Origin: an uncultured Desulfatitalea sp.
Lineage (GTDB): Bacteria > Desulfobacterota > Desulfobacteria > Desulfobacterales > Desulfosarcinaceae
Reading direction: 5' to 3'
NCBI GenBank assembly: GCA_963668675.2
Contig: CAXXMB010000002.1
Span: 928,001 to 992,000 of the forward strand
Length of the DNA: 64,000 nt
In this document: piece by piece, positions 1-8,095 of the stretch
Layout of the letters: each line of letters starts with the position of its first letter
Position numbering within the stretch: position 1 is the stretch's first letter
Made by a program: the position numbers and the translations under genes
The notes under the pieces: model-generated
Databases searched by the model: none
Told to the model about the DNA's origin: nothing
What the model saw: the letters and a program-made list of their open reading frames with translations, nothing else

Positions 1-1
1 C

Positions 2-472
2 TATGACTACTTTGATACCGGCCTCATCGGCGCCCTCACCCTGATCGCCGACGAGCAGGGGCTGCGTCATATCGACTTCGAAACCGAGAAGTACCCGGCC
101 ACCATTCAACCGGACTGGGTGCGCGACCCTGGCTTTTTCGTCGAAGCAAAAGCACAACTAAAGGCTTACTTCAACGGCGAGCTTCAACAGTTCAACCTGC
201 CCCTGGCACCGGAGGGCACACCCTTTCAAAAGCGTGTTTGGCAGACGCTGCGGACCATCCCCTACGGCACGGTGACCAGCTACCGATGGGTGGCCGAACA
301 GATCGGCAACGCCAAAGCTGTCCGGGCCGTAGGCGGGGCCAATGGGAAGAACCCCCTGCCCGTGGTCATCCCCTGCCACCGGGTGATCGGCAGCAACGGC
401 ACCCTGACCGGCTTCGGCGGTGGGCTGGACGTAAAGCAACGCCTGATCGATTTGGAGAAGAGTAGCAATTAG
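2..472 (+). CDS. ogt: Methylated-DNA-[protein]-cysteine S-methyltransferase (5' end outside window)
   Basis: Frame is open from base 2 (YDYFDTGLIGALTL...). Contains RAVGGANGKNP and the active-site PCHRV motif. Confidence 0.93.
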   Translation, partial: YDYFDTGLIGALTLIADEQGLRHIDFETEKYPATIQPDWVRDPGFFVEAKAQLKAYFNGELQQFNLPLAPEGTPFQKRVWQTLRTIPYGTVTSYRWVAEQIGNAKAVRAVGGANGKNPLPVVIPCHRVIGSNGTLTGFGGGLDVKQRLIDLEKSSN

Positions 473-512
473 ATCGATGATGCCGGATGCCGCCCAATAA
501 GACCGCAACCGT

Positions 513-2117
513 CTACAACCCATATATATCCAAACTTCTCTTCTTCCCTTTGAGTTCGGTGGCAGGCAGTCTGCGCAGCGGAAACTCCCGGGATAGCCGT
601 TGGAAAGTTTCAGCACTCACAATGACGCTGGTACCGTGCCGCTTGTTGGCATCCTGGAGTCGCGAAGCCGTATTGACCGTATCCCCGACCAGGGCATATG
701 AAAGGCGGGAAGGACTGCCGATATTGGCCGCCACGACCTTGCCCGAATGGATGCCGATGCCGTGTTGAAGCGGTGGATGCCCCTGGTCGACAAAAATGCG
801 GTTGACCCTCTCCAGACCACGATTCATCTCCACGGCCGCGGCCATTGCTTTGGTGGGATGATCGTCCAACGGCAGCGGCGCGCCGAATACCGCTTCGATT
901 TCGTCGCCAATGAACTGCAAAATCAATCCGCCCTGGGAGAGGATAGCCCCCTCCATCTCCTTGAAATATCGATTGATGATACGCACCACCTGCTGGGGCG
1001 TCGTTCGCTCGACAAAGGGTGTAAAGTTCCGCAGATCTGCAAACAGCACGGAGACCTCCCGGGCCTCTCCATCCAATGGTATCCGGCGCGAAAGCACTTC
1101 ATCCCGAACCTCCCGGGATACATATTTTCCGAACGTCTCTTTGATAAACTCCCGCTCTTCCAACCCGCCGGCCATCTCATTTACGATATCACCCACGTAT
1201 CCCAACTCATCGTTGGTGGTGACCTGAACCCGCTGTTCAAAATGGCCCTCTTTGATGCGTTGAAGTACAGCGGTGATGGCCGCCAGGGGCCGCGTCATGT
1301 TGCCGCTGACCAGAATCGTCAGCCATACACCGACCCATGAGAAGATGACGGCATGGATCAGGATCATCTCTTGCACGCCCAGCAGCCCAAGAACTGCATC
1401 CGTCGTTGACTGGGGGATGGTCCAACTACTTCTGACAGTGACCCAAAGAGGAATCAGATTGGTTGCAGCTAAAAAGACAACCAGTCGCGTCCTGATACGA
1501 ATCCGTTTTGTGCCCGGAACGGTGGACATACCGCCATTGGGGAAAAAATAGGGAGCCAGCCGGCGTTGCAGAAACAGCTCCAGGACAAAGAAGGCGATTG
1601 TAACTGAAATGATACCGACTTGCAGGTTTCGCAAAAAGGCATCCAAAACAAACTTACGGCTCAACCCCAATTCCCAGAAGTAGACCGAGTAGGTGATTGC
1701 GGCACCAATCCAAACCATTGCATCTAATACGATCAAAAAGAACGGCTCGTTAAGCAGCCTCTGGTGAACCTTCCTGACTTGGTCTGCAGACGATGCCAAA
1801 CCGTCGCGTTCATTGTCTACATATCGACGGATGGGTCTCTCATAGATCAGTGTTACCACTGCGGGAATTGTGAAGCTGAGTGGGATAAAAATATAATTGA
1901 TCGTTGCATATATGGTGTTAGACAACACAGAGCTGAGCACGCCCGTTCGATTAAACAGGTATAAAGCAACCGCTACACCAACCAAATTTGCGATGAAATT
2001 GGCAATGAGCATCGTGTTTTTGAATCGAAACCAGAAAACTGAACTCTTTTTCAACGATCTTCTCCTGAGGGCATGACGACGGTTGACGAGCGGGTAGGCG
2101 TTTTTCATGTTAGTCAA
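513..2117 (-). CDS. Membrane-bound class III adenylate/guanylate cyclase with HAMP domain
   Basis: Multi-TM N-terminus, HAMP-like (TRPL...TTNDELG...VNEMA), cyclase motifs LFADLRNFT, FIGD, GIGIHSG, GDTVNTASRL. Start codon uncertain. Confidence 0.9.
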   Translation of the reverse strand: MTNMKNAYPLVNRRHALRRRSLKKSSVFWFRFKNTMLIANFIANLVGVAVALYLFNRTGVLSSVLSNTIYATINYIFIPLSFTIPAVVTLIYERPIRRYVDNERDGLASSADQVRKVHQRLLNEPFFLIVLDAMVWIGAAITYSVYFWELGLSRKFVLDAFLRNLQVGIISVTIAFFVLELFLQRRLAPYFFPNGGMSTVPGTKRIRIRTRLVVFLAATNLIPLWVTVRSSWTIPQSTTDAVLGLLGVQEMILIHAVIFSWVGVWLTILVSGNMTRPLAAITAVLQRIKEGHFEQRVQVTTNDELGYVGDIVNEMAGGLEEREFIKETFGKYVSREVRDEVLSRRIPLDGEAREVSVLFADLRNFTPFVERTTPQQVVRIINRYFKEMEGAILSQGGLILQFIGDEIEAVFGAPLPLDDHPTKAMAAAVEMNRGLERVNRIFVDQGHPPLQHGIGIHSGKVVAANIGSPSRLSYALVGDTVNTASRLQDANKRHGTSVIVSAETFQRLSREFPLRRLPATELKGKKRSLDIYGL

Positions 2118-2179
2118 AGGCTACCGCCTTGTCAAAAATAAAGGCATGAGAAAATGGGAGGACCGAGTCCGCCTTGGGC

Positions 2180-2214
2180 AAAAAAAAGGGCGGCCCACTT
2201 GGGCCGCCCTTTTT
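2180..2214 (-). terminator. Rho-independent terminator after the SDR gene
   Basis: AAAAAAAAGGGCGGCCC-ACTT-GGGCCGCCCTTTTT: perfect GC stem with A/T tracts on both sides. Confidence 0.85.
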
Positions 2215-2236
2215 GCAACGGTTTCGTTTTGCATGA

Positions 2237-3115
2237 TTATGTCAGAATGGCCCCTTCACGCGGCACGCTTGCCAGAGCCGGGCTGGCGTCGGCACGATCG
2301 AAGCCCTCGTTTACGGCCTTGACCCGCACCTCGTGAACCTCGCGCAAGTAGGGATGGGTGAAGATAAAAAACTCATCGTTCTGCAGGGCTTCAAGCACCC
2401 GGTTGGCGGCGATCTCCGTATCGATGCCGGTGACGACCAGATCCTTGCTGTAGGCCATGGCCGGCTTCTTTTTGACCTCATCTTCGAAATGGATGGGCCC
2501 GCCGTAACGCTCCTGACGATTGCGCATGCTGTCGTAAATGCGCGACTTGACGAATCCCGGACAGAGGACCGAAACGGTGATGCCGTCCTTTTTGAACTCG
2601 GTGCGCCAGGACTCGGAAAGGCTCACCACCGCCGCTTTTGTGGCGCAATAGGGCCCTGCGTAGGCAACACCGTGGATACCAGCGACGCTGGCCACGTTCA
2701 TGATGTGACCACCTTCTCCGTGGGACTTCATCAGGGGCACGAACACCTGGGCACCGTAGACGATGCTCATCAGATTGACATCGATGATCCAGCGCCAGTC
2801 GTTTTCGGGGATTCGTTTGTGGGCTCCGGTGACTGAGACCCCTGCGTTGCCCATTAGCAAGTGGACCTTGCCGAAGGTCTTGGTGGCCTGCTCGGCAACC
2901 CGTTCCCACTCATCCTTCAGGGCCACATCCAGGGCGACGCCTTCGACCGGAAGGCCTTCGCCTTTGAGTGTCCTGACAGCTTGATCCAACATTTGGGTGT
3001 CGATATCGGCAAGCATCACATTCATCCCCTGCTGGGCGAGCAGATGACCGACATGGTACCCGATGCCTTCGGCGCCGCCGGTAATAAAAGCGGTTTTACC
3101 TTTCAAATCTTTCAT
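2237..3115 (-). CDS. SDR family NAD(P)-dependent oxidoreductase
   Basis: TGGAEGIG, NAG, NVAS and YCATK motifs. Confidence 0.92.
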   Translation of the reverse strand: MKDLKGKTAFITGGAEGIGYHVGHLLAQQGMNVMLADIDTQMLDQAVRTLKGEGLPVEGVALDVALKDEWERVAEQATKTFGKVHLLMGNAGVSVTGAHKRIPENDWRWIIDVNLMSIVYGAQVFVPLMKSHGEGGHIMNVASVAGIHGVAYAGPYCATKAAVVSLSESWRTEFKKDGITVSVLCPGFVKSRIYDSMRNRQERYGGPIHFEDEVKKKPAMAYSKDLVVTGIDTEIAANRVLEALQNDEFFIFTHPYLREVHEVRVKAVNEGFDRADASPALASVPREGAILT

Positions 3116-3202
3116 AGAGATCTCCTGTTCATTCTCGATTGTAAAATAGATGTACGGCGGGAAGTGTTAATGGTGTCGGATAACAGCACCACCCAGCCCA
3201 TG

Positions 3203-3649
3203 TCAATCAACCCCGAATGCAAAGGCGGAGTGAAGTAAAGTGCGGGTTCGCTGGTTGACCCCCAACACACGCAACTCGTCAGCCGTCACCCAGCGGGCCG
3301 CCACGGCATCATCGCCGGGCCTCACTTCACCACTTTGATATTCAGCGGAAAAGTCTATGATAACATAGTGGAAGCGGATGCGACCTTGACTGTCACGGTC
3401 CACCACATCAAACGTGTAGACCGGCTTCTGAGCGGTGATGACGACACCGGTCTCTTCCATCACCTCCCGCTCGGCAGCCGCCTTGAGGGTCTCCCCCAGC
3501 TGGACGCTGCCGCCTGGAATGGCCCACTGCCCCATGCCCGGAGGCTTGCCGCGCATAACCAAAAGCACGCGGTTCTCTTTGAACACCACGGCACCGACAG
3601 CAATCCGAGGCACGTCCGGATATTCGGATGGGGGATGCGCTTTCCCCAT
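3203..3649 (-). CDS. NUDIX hydrolase (ADP-ribose pyrophosphatase-like)
   Basis: Nudix box GGSVQLGETLKAAAEREVMEETGV. Confidence 0.92.
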   Translation of the reverse strand: MGKAHPPSEYPDVPRIAVGAVVFKENRVLLVMRGKPPGMGQWAIPGGSVQLGETLKAAAEREVMEETGVVITAQKPVYTFDVVDRDSQGRIRFHYVIIDFSAEYQSGEVRPGDDAVAARWVTADELRVLGVNQRTRTLLHSAFAFGVD

Positions 3650-3687
3650 AGATCCCGGGGCTCCTTCTCCACATTAGGTACAAAACC

Positions 3688-3715
3688 GTAGGGGCACGAT
3701 GCATCGTGCCCCTAC
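3688..3715. repeat. Perfect 28-bp palindrome, GTAG-type REP-like
   Basis: GTAGGGGCACGATGCATCGTGCCCCTAC in an intergenic position. Confidence 0.75.
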
Positions 3716-3775
3716 ATCCACCGCCAAAACTCGATTTTGAGTCCACTTGCCCCTGAGGTTGCAGGAGTCGGAGGG

Positions 3776-4279
3776 CTACATGGGCCAGAAGTGATTATCT
3801 TCCCAGATTTCGGCCTTGATTTCACGATCCATTTTGGCAAGAAAGTTGAGATGACCGTGCTCCCATTCGGCCAGCCAACGATAAAGGGCTTTCTCATTGG
3901 GGTCCGATGTGCCCCGGGCGCGGTCGGCATAGAGCGAGATGGCTTGCTCCTCCATGAGCATGGCGGCCGAGATGGCCGCTGCTTCGAATCCGGCGGCGGC
4001 GATCTCCGCTTTGAGGCTGTCGGTCAACACGGCATCGACCACGGTCGTCTCTCCCAGCGCCTGGGCATCGACATCCGCAAATTGCTGATGTTCCGTGTAG
4101 GCTTTGAACTGCTGTTCTAAAATCGTCATGTGGCGCAACTCTTCATCCGCCATGGTCTTGAAAAACGACCGGACGGATTCACTCTGGGCCTGCCCGGCCA
4201 CCTTGTTGTAAAATGCGTTCCCGCGCCTTTCAAGCAACAGTGCCTCTTTCAGAATCTCCAACGGAAGTTGTGTTGACAT
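3776..4279 (-). CDS. Ferritin-like / rubrerythrin-family diiron protein
   Basis: Two repeated E..Y..ExxH units (EELRH, WEHGH). ATG 4279 follows AAGGAG. Confidence 0.85.
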   Translation of the reverse strand: MSTQLPLEILKEALLLERRGNAFYNKVAGQAQSESVRSFFKTMADEELRHMTILEQQFKAYTEHQQFADVDAQALGETTVVDAVLTDSLKAEIAAAGFEAAAISAAMLMEEQAISLYADRARGTSDPNEKALYRWLAEWEHGHLNFLAKMDREIKAEIWEDNHFWPM

Positions 4280-4290
4280 TTCAATCTCCT

Positions 4291-4983
4291 TCAAAATAGA
4301 GGTCTCGGACGACCACCTTGCTGGCTGTAATAGGGAGCCGTCTGCTTTACGGCGTCAATGTATCGCGCCACCTTCTTCAGATCCTTGCGGCCGGGGCTGG
4401 CCTCCAATCCCGAACTGGCATCCACTGCATCGGGTAAAGCGGCCTGGATGGCCCGACCGACATTGTCCGGATCCAAACCGCCGGCCAGGACGGTGGGATA
4501 GGATTGGGCAAAATCGGCGGCCGAACCCCAATCCCATACCATGGCATTGCCGCCAGGCAAAGGACCTTTGCCGCATTCGACCAGATAGGCATCCGATTGA
4601 TAGTGCCCGGCATCCCCTATCCAAGGGGCCTTGGTTGCGAAAAGCCCCTTCCAGACAGCGACCTTTAGCTGCCGCCGAACGCGCAAAACAAAATCGGGAG
4701 ACTCGTTGCCATGCAGTTGCACGATGCCGAGCCGGCAACGATCCACCGCCTGTTCCAGCAGATCCCAATCGGGATCGACAAAAACCCCTGCGGATATTAC
4801 ATGGGATGGCAACGCCGCCGCAACTTCAGCGGATAGGTCCATCTCCACATGCCGTGGACTGGGGGGGAAAAAGACCAATCCAATGGCGTCAGCCCCCAAC
4901 CGGGCACATGCCGCCGCCTCTTGGGGATCGGTCAACCCGCATATTTTTATAAAAGGGACAGCTCTATCCATAGACTCGACCAA
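4291..4983 (-). CDS. trpF: Phosphoribosylanthranilate isomerase
   Basis: KICGLT, QLHGNES, LAGGLDPDNV, VDASSGLE. Start could be 4971. Confidence 0.95.
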   Translation of the reverse strand: MVESMDRAVPFIKICGLTDPQEAAACARLGADAIGLVFFPPSPRHVEMDLSAEVAAALPSHVISAGVFVDPDWDLLEQAVDRCRLGIVQLHGNESPDFVLRVRRQLKVAVWKGLFATKAPWIGDAGHYQSDAYLVECGKGPLPGGNAMVWDWGSAADFAQSYPTVLAGGLDPDNVGRAIQAALPDAVDASSGLEASPGRKDLKKVARYIDAVKQTAPYYSQQGGRPRPLF

Positions 4984-5761
4984 TGAGCGACCTGAGAAAA
5001 GCGGTGCGATCCTCTGCCCTCACCAGGCTCTCTCCGATCAGAAAATTAAAAATGCCGCTTTCGAGATTGCGCTTCACATCTTCCCTACCACTGATGCCGC
5101 TGGCCGCCACCGGCACCTCTCCCGGTTGAATCAATGCCTGCAGCCCCATGGCGGTCTGCAGGTCAGTATCGAATGTGGCCAGATTTCGATTGTTGATACC
5201 GATCAATCGGCTGCCGGCTTCGTGGGCTGCGGCGTAATCTTCCACGCTGTGGATCTCTACCAGCGCCCCCATCCCCAACTCCCGGGTGAGCGCCAGCAAC
5301 TCATCGAGCTGGGCCGGTGAAAGGATACGAACGATAAGCAGCACGGCATCCGCCCCTGCCGCCCGTGATTCGTAAAGCTGGTATGGGGCAATAATGAACT
5401 CTTTGCGCAAAACCGGCAGGTCGACAGCACTTCTCACCTGGCGAAGATCTTCCAGGCGACCCTTAAAATAGGGCGTGTCTGTCAACACTGAAATCGCCGC
5501 AGCGCCACCCGTCTCGTACTGCCGGGCGCATTGGGCCGCGTCCAGATCCTTGCAGATATCGCCTTTGGAAGGCGAAGCGCGTTTGACTTCGGCGATAATA
5601 TTGGCGCCGCCGGGACCAGGATTGGAGAGACGCTCTTCAAAACCTCGCGGCGTCCACTCCATATCGGCAATGCGCGCCCGCAGTTCATCTTCGGACACTC
5701 GCCTCTCGGCTTGAACAATCTCTTCCTTCTTATCTTCTACGATACGATCGAGTATGGTCAT
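4964..5761 (-). CDS. trpC: Indole-3-glycerol phosphate synthase
   Basis: IIAEVKRASPSKG, ISVLTD, LRKEFI, GINNRNL, LIGESL. Confidence 0.96.
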   Translation of the reverse strand: MTILDRIVEDKKEEIVQAERRVSEDELRARIADMEWTPRGFEERLSNPGPGGANIIAEVKRASPSKGDICKDLDAAQCARQYETGGAAAISVLTDTPYFKGRLEDLRQVRSAVDLPVLRKEFIIAPYQLYESRAAGADAVLLIVRILSPAQLDELLALTRELGMGALVEIHSVEDYAAAHEAGSRLIGINNRNLATFDTDLQTAMGLQALIQPGEVPVAASGISGREDVKRNLESGIFNFLIGESLVRAEDRTAFLRSLIGRVYG

Positions 5762-5798
5762 CTTAATTCACTATATTGTGAGGATATTATCCGGGCAG

Positions 5799-5908
5799 TT
5801 AAAAGAAAATCCCCCTGAATCCCCCTTTGGAAAAGGGGGACGTTTCGAATCAGACCTCTTTCCGTTAAGCTCCCCCCTTTTTCAAAGGGGGGGGCCGGGG
5901 GGGGATTC
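5799..5908. repeat. Structured repeat, left copy flanking the DUF559 gene
   Basis: TTAAAAGAAAATCCCCCTGAATCCCCCTTTGGAAAAGGGGGACGTTTCGAATCAGACCTCTTTCCGTTAAGCTCCCCCCTTTTTCAAAG8CCG8ATTC, recurring at 6270-6426. Confidence 0.92.
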
Positions 5909-6268
5909 CGCCAGCTTTGCAGCAACAGTATCATAGATCAACCTAACCACCGCCTCTGTCTCCAGCAGCACCTGCCGATTATCGAACCTTAACACATCCA
6001 ACTCCATTTGGTTCAGGTATCTATCTCTTGCACTATCTTTCTCAATTCCACGCTGTTGGAAATGCTGCCCGCCGTCTACTTCGATCACCAGTCTTACCTT
6101 GGCAGCATAAAAATCAACAATGTATGGTCCAAGAGGCCTTTGACGGTAGAACTGAACACCTAAAATTTGCTTCCCCCTCAAACAAGACCACAAGCGACGC
6201 TCGCTGTCGGTCATATTCTTTCGCAAACGGCGTGCTTTTTGTTTGAGATGTGGTTGATAGGTAATCAA
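5882..6268 (-). CDS. DUF559 / Vsr-like endonuclease domain protein
   Basis: ARRLRKNMTDSERRLW, FYRQRPLGPYIVDF, IEVDGGQH, RDRYL, VLRFDN. TTG 6268 is the likely start; the ORF track extends the gene into the repeat. Confidence 0.9.
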   Translation of the reverse strand: MITYQPHLKQKARRLRKNMTDSERRLWSCLRGKQILGVQFYRQRPLGPYIVDFYAAKVRLVIEVDGGQHFQQRGIEKDSARDRYLNQMELDVLRFDNRQVLLETEAVVRLIYDTVAAKLAESPPGPPL

Positions 6269-6269
6269 T

Positions 6270-6426
6270 TTAAAAGAATCCCCCTGAATCCCCCTTTGGA
6301 AAAGGGGGACGTTTCGAATCAAACCTCTTTCCGTTAAGCTCCCCCCTTTGGAAAAGGGGGACGTTTCGAATCAGACCTCTTTCCGTTAAGCTCCCCCCTT
6401 TTTCAAAGGGGGGCCGGGGGGGATTC
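6270..6426. repeat. Structured repeat, right copy with internal 51/52-bp tandem duplication
   Basis: Same sequence as 5799-5908, but the core unit occurs twice (6290-6340 and 6341-6392). It abuts the trpD stop codon. Confidence 0.92.
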
Positions 6427-7442
6427 TATCCATTCTCCTGGGTATAATCCACCAGGGCGTCCAGCTTCTCCAGCGCTTTTCCCTCGTCGATGGCGGCGGC
6501 GGCCATTTCGATGCCGCGTCGCAAGTCCTCCGCTTTTCCGGCAGCGAACAGTGCAGCTCCGCTATTGATCAAGACCACATCGCGCTTGCCGCCCTTCTCT
6601 CCGGAGAGGATCGCCCTGGTGATGGTCGCGTTTTCGGCCGGGTCTCCGCCGGCCATCTCTTCCGGCTGGGCCAAGCGGCCGAAGTACTGCTCGGGATTGA
6701 TGTCGTAGGTGCGTACCGAGCCATCTTTCAACTCGCTCACGCGGGTGGGGGCGCAGACGCTGATCTCGTCCAGGCCGTCGTGGCCGTGCACCACCATGGC
6801 CGATTGCCCCCCCAGGAGTTTGAGCGCCTGGGCGAACATTTCGGTTAACTGGGGGGCAAAAACGCCCAGAAGCTGGCAGTTGGCCGATGCCGGATTGGTC
6901 AATGGCCCCAACATGTTGAAGATGGAGCGCACGCCCAGCTCCTGGCGCGGCTTGACCGCATACTTCATGGCGCTGTGGTAGAGGGGGGCAAAGAGAAAAC
7001 CAATGCCGATGGACTGCACGGCCTCCTCGACGATCTCCGGGTCGGTGTCCAGTTTGACACCCAACGATTCAAGGACGTCGGCGCTGCCGCACTTGCTCGA
7101 TACCGAGCGGTTGCCGTGCTTGGCGACGGTCACCCCGCAGCCGGCGACAACGAAGGCGGTGGTGGTTGAAATATTGAAGGTTTGGGCGCCGTCGCCGCCC
7201 GTACCGCAAGTATCCACCACCGGCGACCCCACCGCCTGAATACGGCGGGCGTTGCGTCGCATGGCCTGGGCCGCACCGGCCAACTCCTCAAAGGTCTCCC
7301 CTTTGGTGGCCAGCGCCGCCATCATGGCCCCGATCTGAGCCTCGGTGGCCTCTCCGGTGAGCACAATGTTCATCATCTCGGACATCTGGTTTTCAGTCAG
7401 GTCTTTACGTTGGATAATCAGGCTCAAGTACTCTTTAAACAT
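6426..7442 (-). CDS. trpD: Anthranilate phosphoribosyltransferase
   Basis: DTCGTGGDG, FNISTT, KHGNRSVSSKCGSAD, GPLTNP, GLDEIS. ATG 7442 follows GAGGAG. Confidence 0.97.
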   Translation of the reverse strand: MFKEYLSLIIQRKDLTENQMSEMMNIVLTGEATEAQIGAMMAALATKGETFEELAGAAQAMRRNARRIQAVGSPVVDTCGTGGDGAQTFNISTTTAFVVAGCGVTVAKHGNRSVSSKCGSADVLESLGVKLDTDPEIVEEAVQSIGIGFLFAPLYHSAMKYAVKPRQELGVRSIFNMLGPLTNPASANCQLLGVFAPQLTEMFAQALKLLGGQSAMVVHGHDGLDEISVCAPTRVSELKDGSVRTYDINPEQYFGRLAQPEEMAGGDPAENATITRAILSGEKGGKRDVVLINSGAALFAAGKAEDLRRGIEMAAAAIDEGKALEKLDALVDYTQENG

Positions 7443-7501
7443 GCCCCTCTCCTCAACTTTCATATTTTCTAACTTTCCTTCCTTCTTGCTGCTCGTTCCT
7501 A

Positions 7502-8095
7502 TCACCTTTGAGAAAGTGTCTCTGTCTGATTGATCATCTTAACAAAGTTCCGGAGCAACCGCTTCCCTATCGTCGTCATGATCGACTCGGGGTGAAACTG
7601 AATCCCTTCGGTCAAGTGGCTGGTATGTCGCAACCCCATGATTTCACCGCCTTCCGACTCGGCGGTGATCTTCAGGCAGTCGGGCAGGCTGTCGCGCTCC
7701 ACGGCCAGTGAGTGATAGCGCATGGCTTGGAACGGTTTCTTGATTCCCTGGAAGATCCCTTCTCCATCGCAGGTGACACTGGAGGTCTTACCGTGCATCA
7801 ATCGCCGGGCGCCGATGATCGTGCCGCCGAATGCAGCAGCGATGGTCTGGTGTCCCAGGCAGACCCCCAGCACCGGAACGCGCCCGGAAAAGTGCTGGAT
7901 CGCCTCCATCGATATTCCGGCATCCGGTGGTCCGCCCGGCCCGGGTGAGATGACGATGGCTTCAGGCGCCAACGCCTCTATGTCGGCAACTCCCATGACG
8001 TCGTTGCGCACCACCTTGACGGGCGTGCCGATCTCTTCCAGATATTGCACTAAATTATAGGTAAACGAATCGTAATTGTCGATCATGAGGATCAT
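7502..8095 (-). CDS. trpG: Anthranilate synthase component II (glutamine amidotransferase)
   Basis: IDNYDSFTYNL, SPGPG, GVCLGHQ, RYHSL, QFHPES. Overlaps trpE by 4 bp. Confidence 0.96.
   Translation of the reverse strand: MILMIDNYDSFTYNLVQYLEEIGTPVKVVRNDVMGVADIEALAPEAIVISPGPGGPPDAGISMEAIQHFSGRVPVLGVCLGHQTIAAAFGGTIIGARRLMHGKTSSVTCDGEGIFQGIKKPFQAMRYHSLAVERDSLPDCLKITAESEGGEIMGLRHTSHLTEGIQFHPESIMTTIGKRLLRNFVKMINQTETLSQR

Noticed and set aside
5799..6426. Repeats as a CRISPR array
   Set aside because: The intervening segments are identical rather than unique spacers, a gene lies between the copies, and there are no cas genes.
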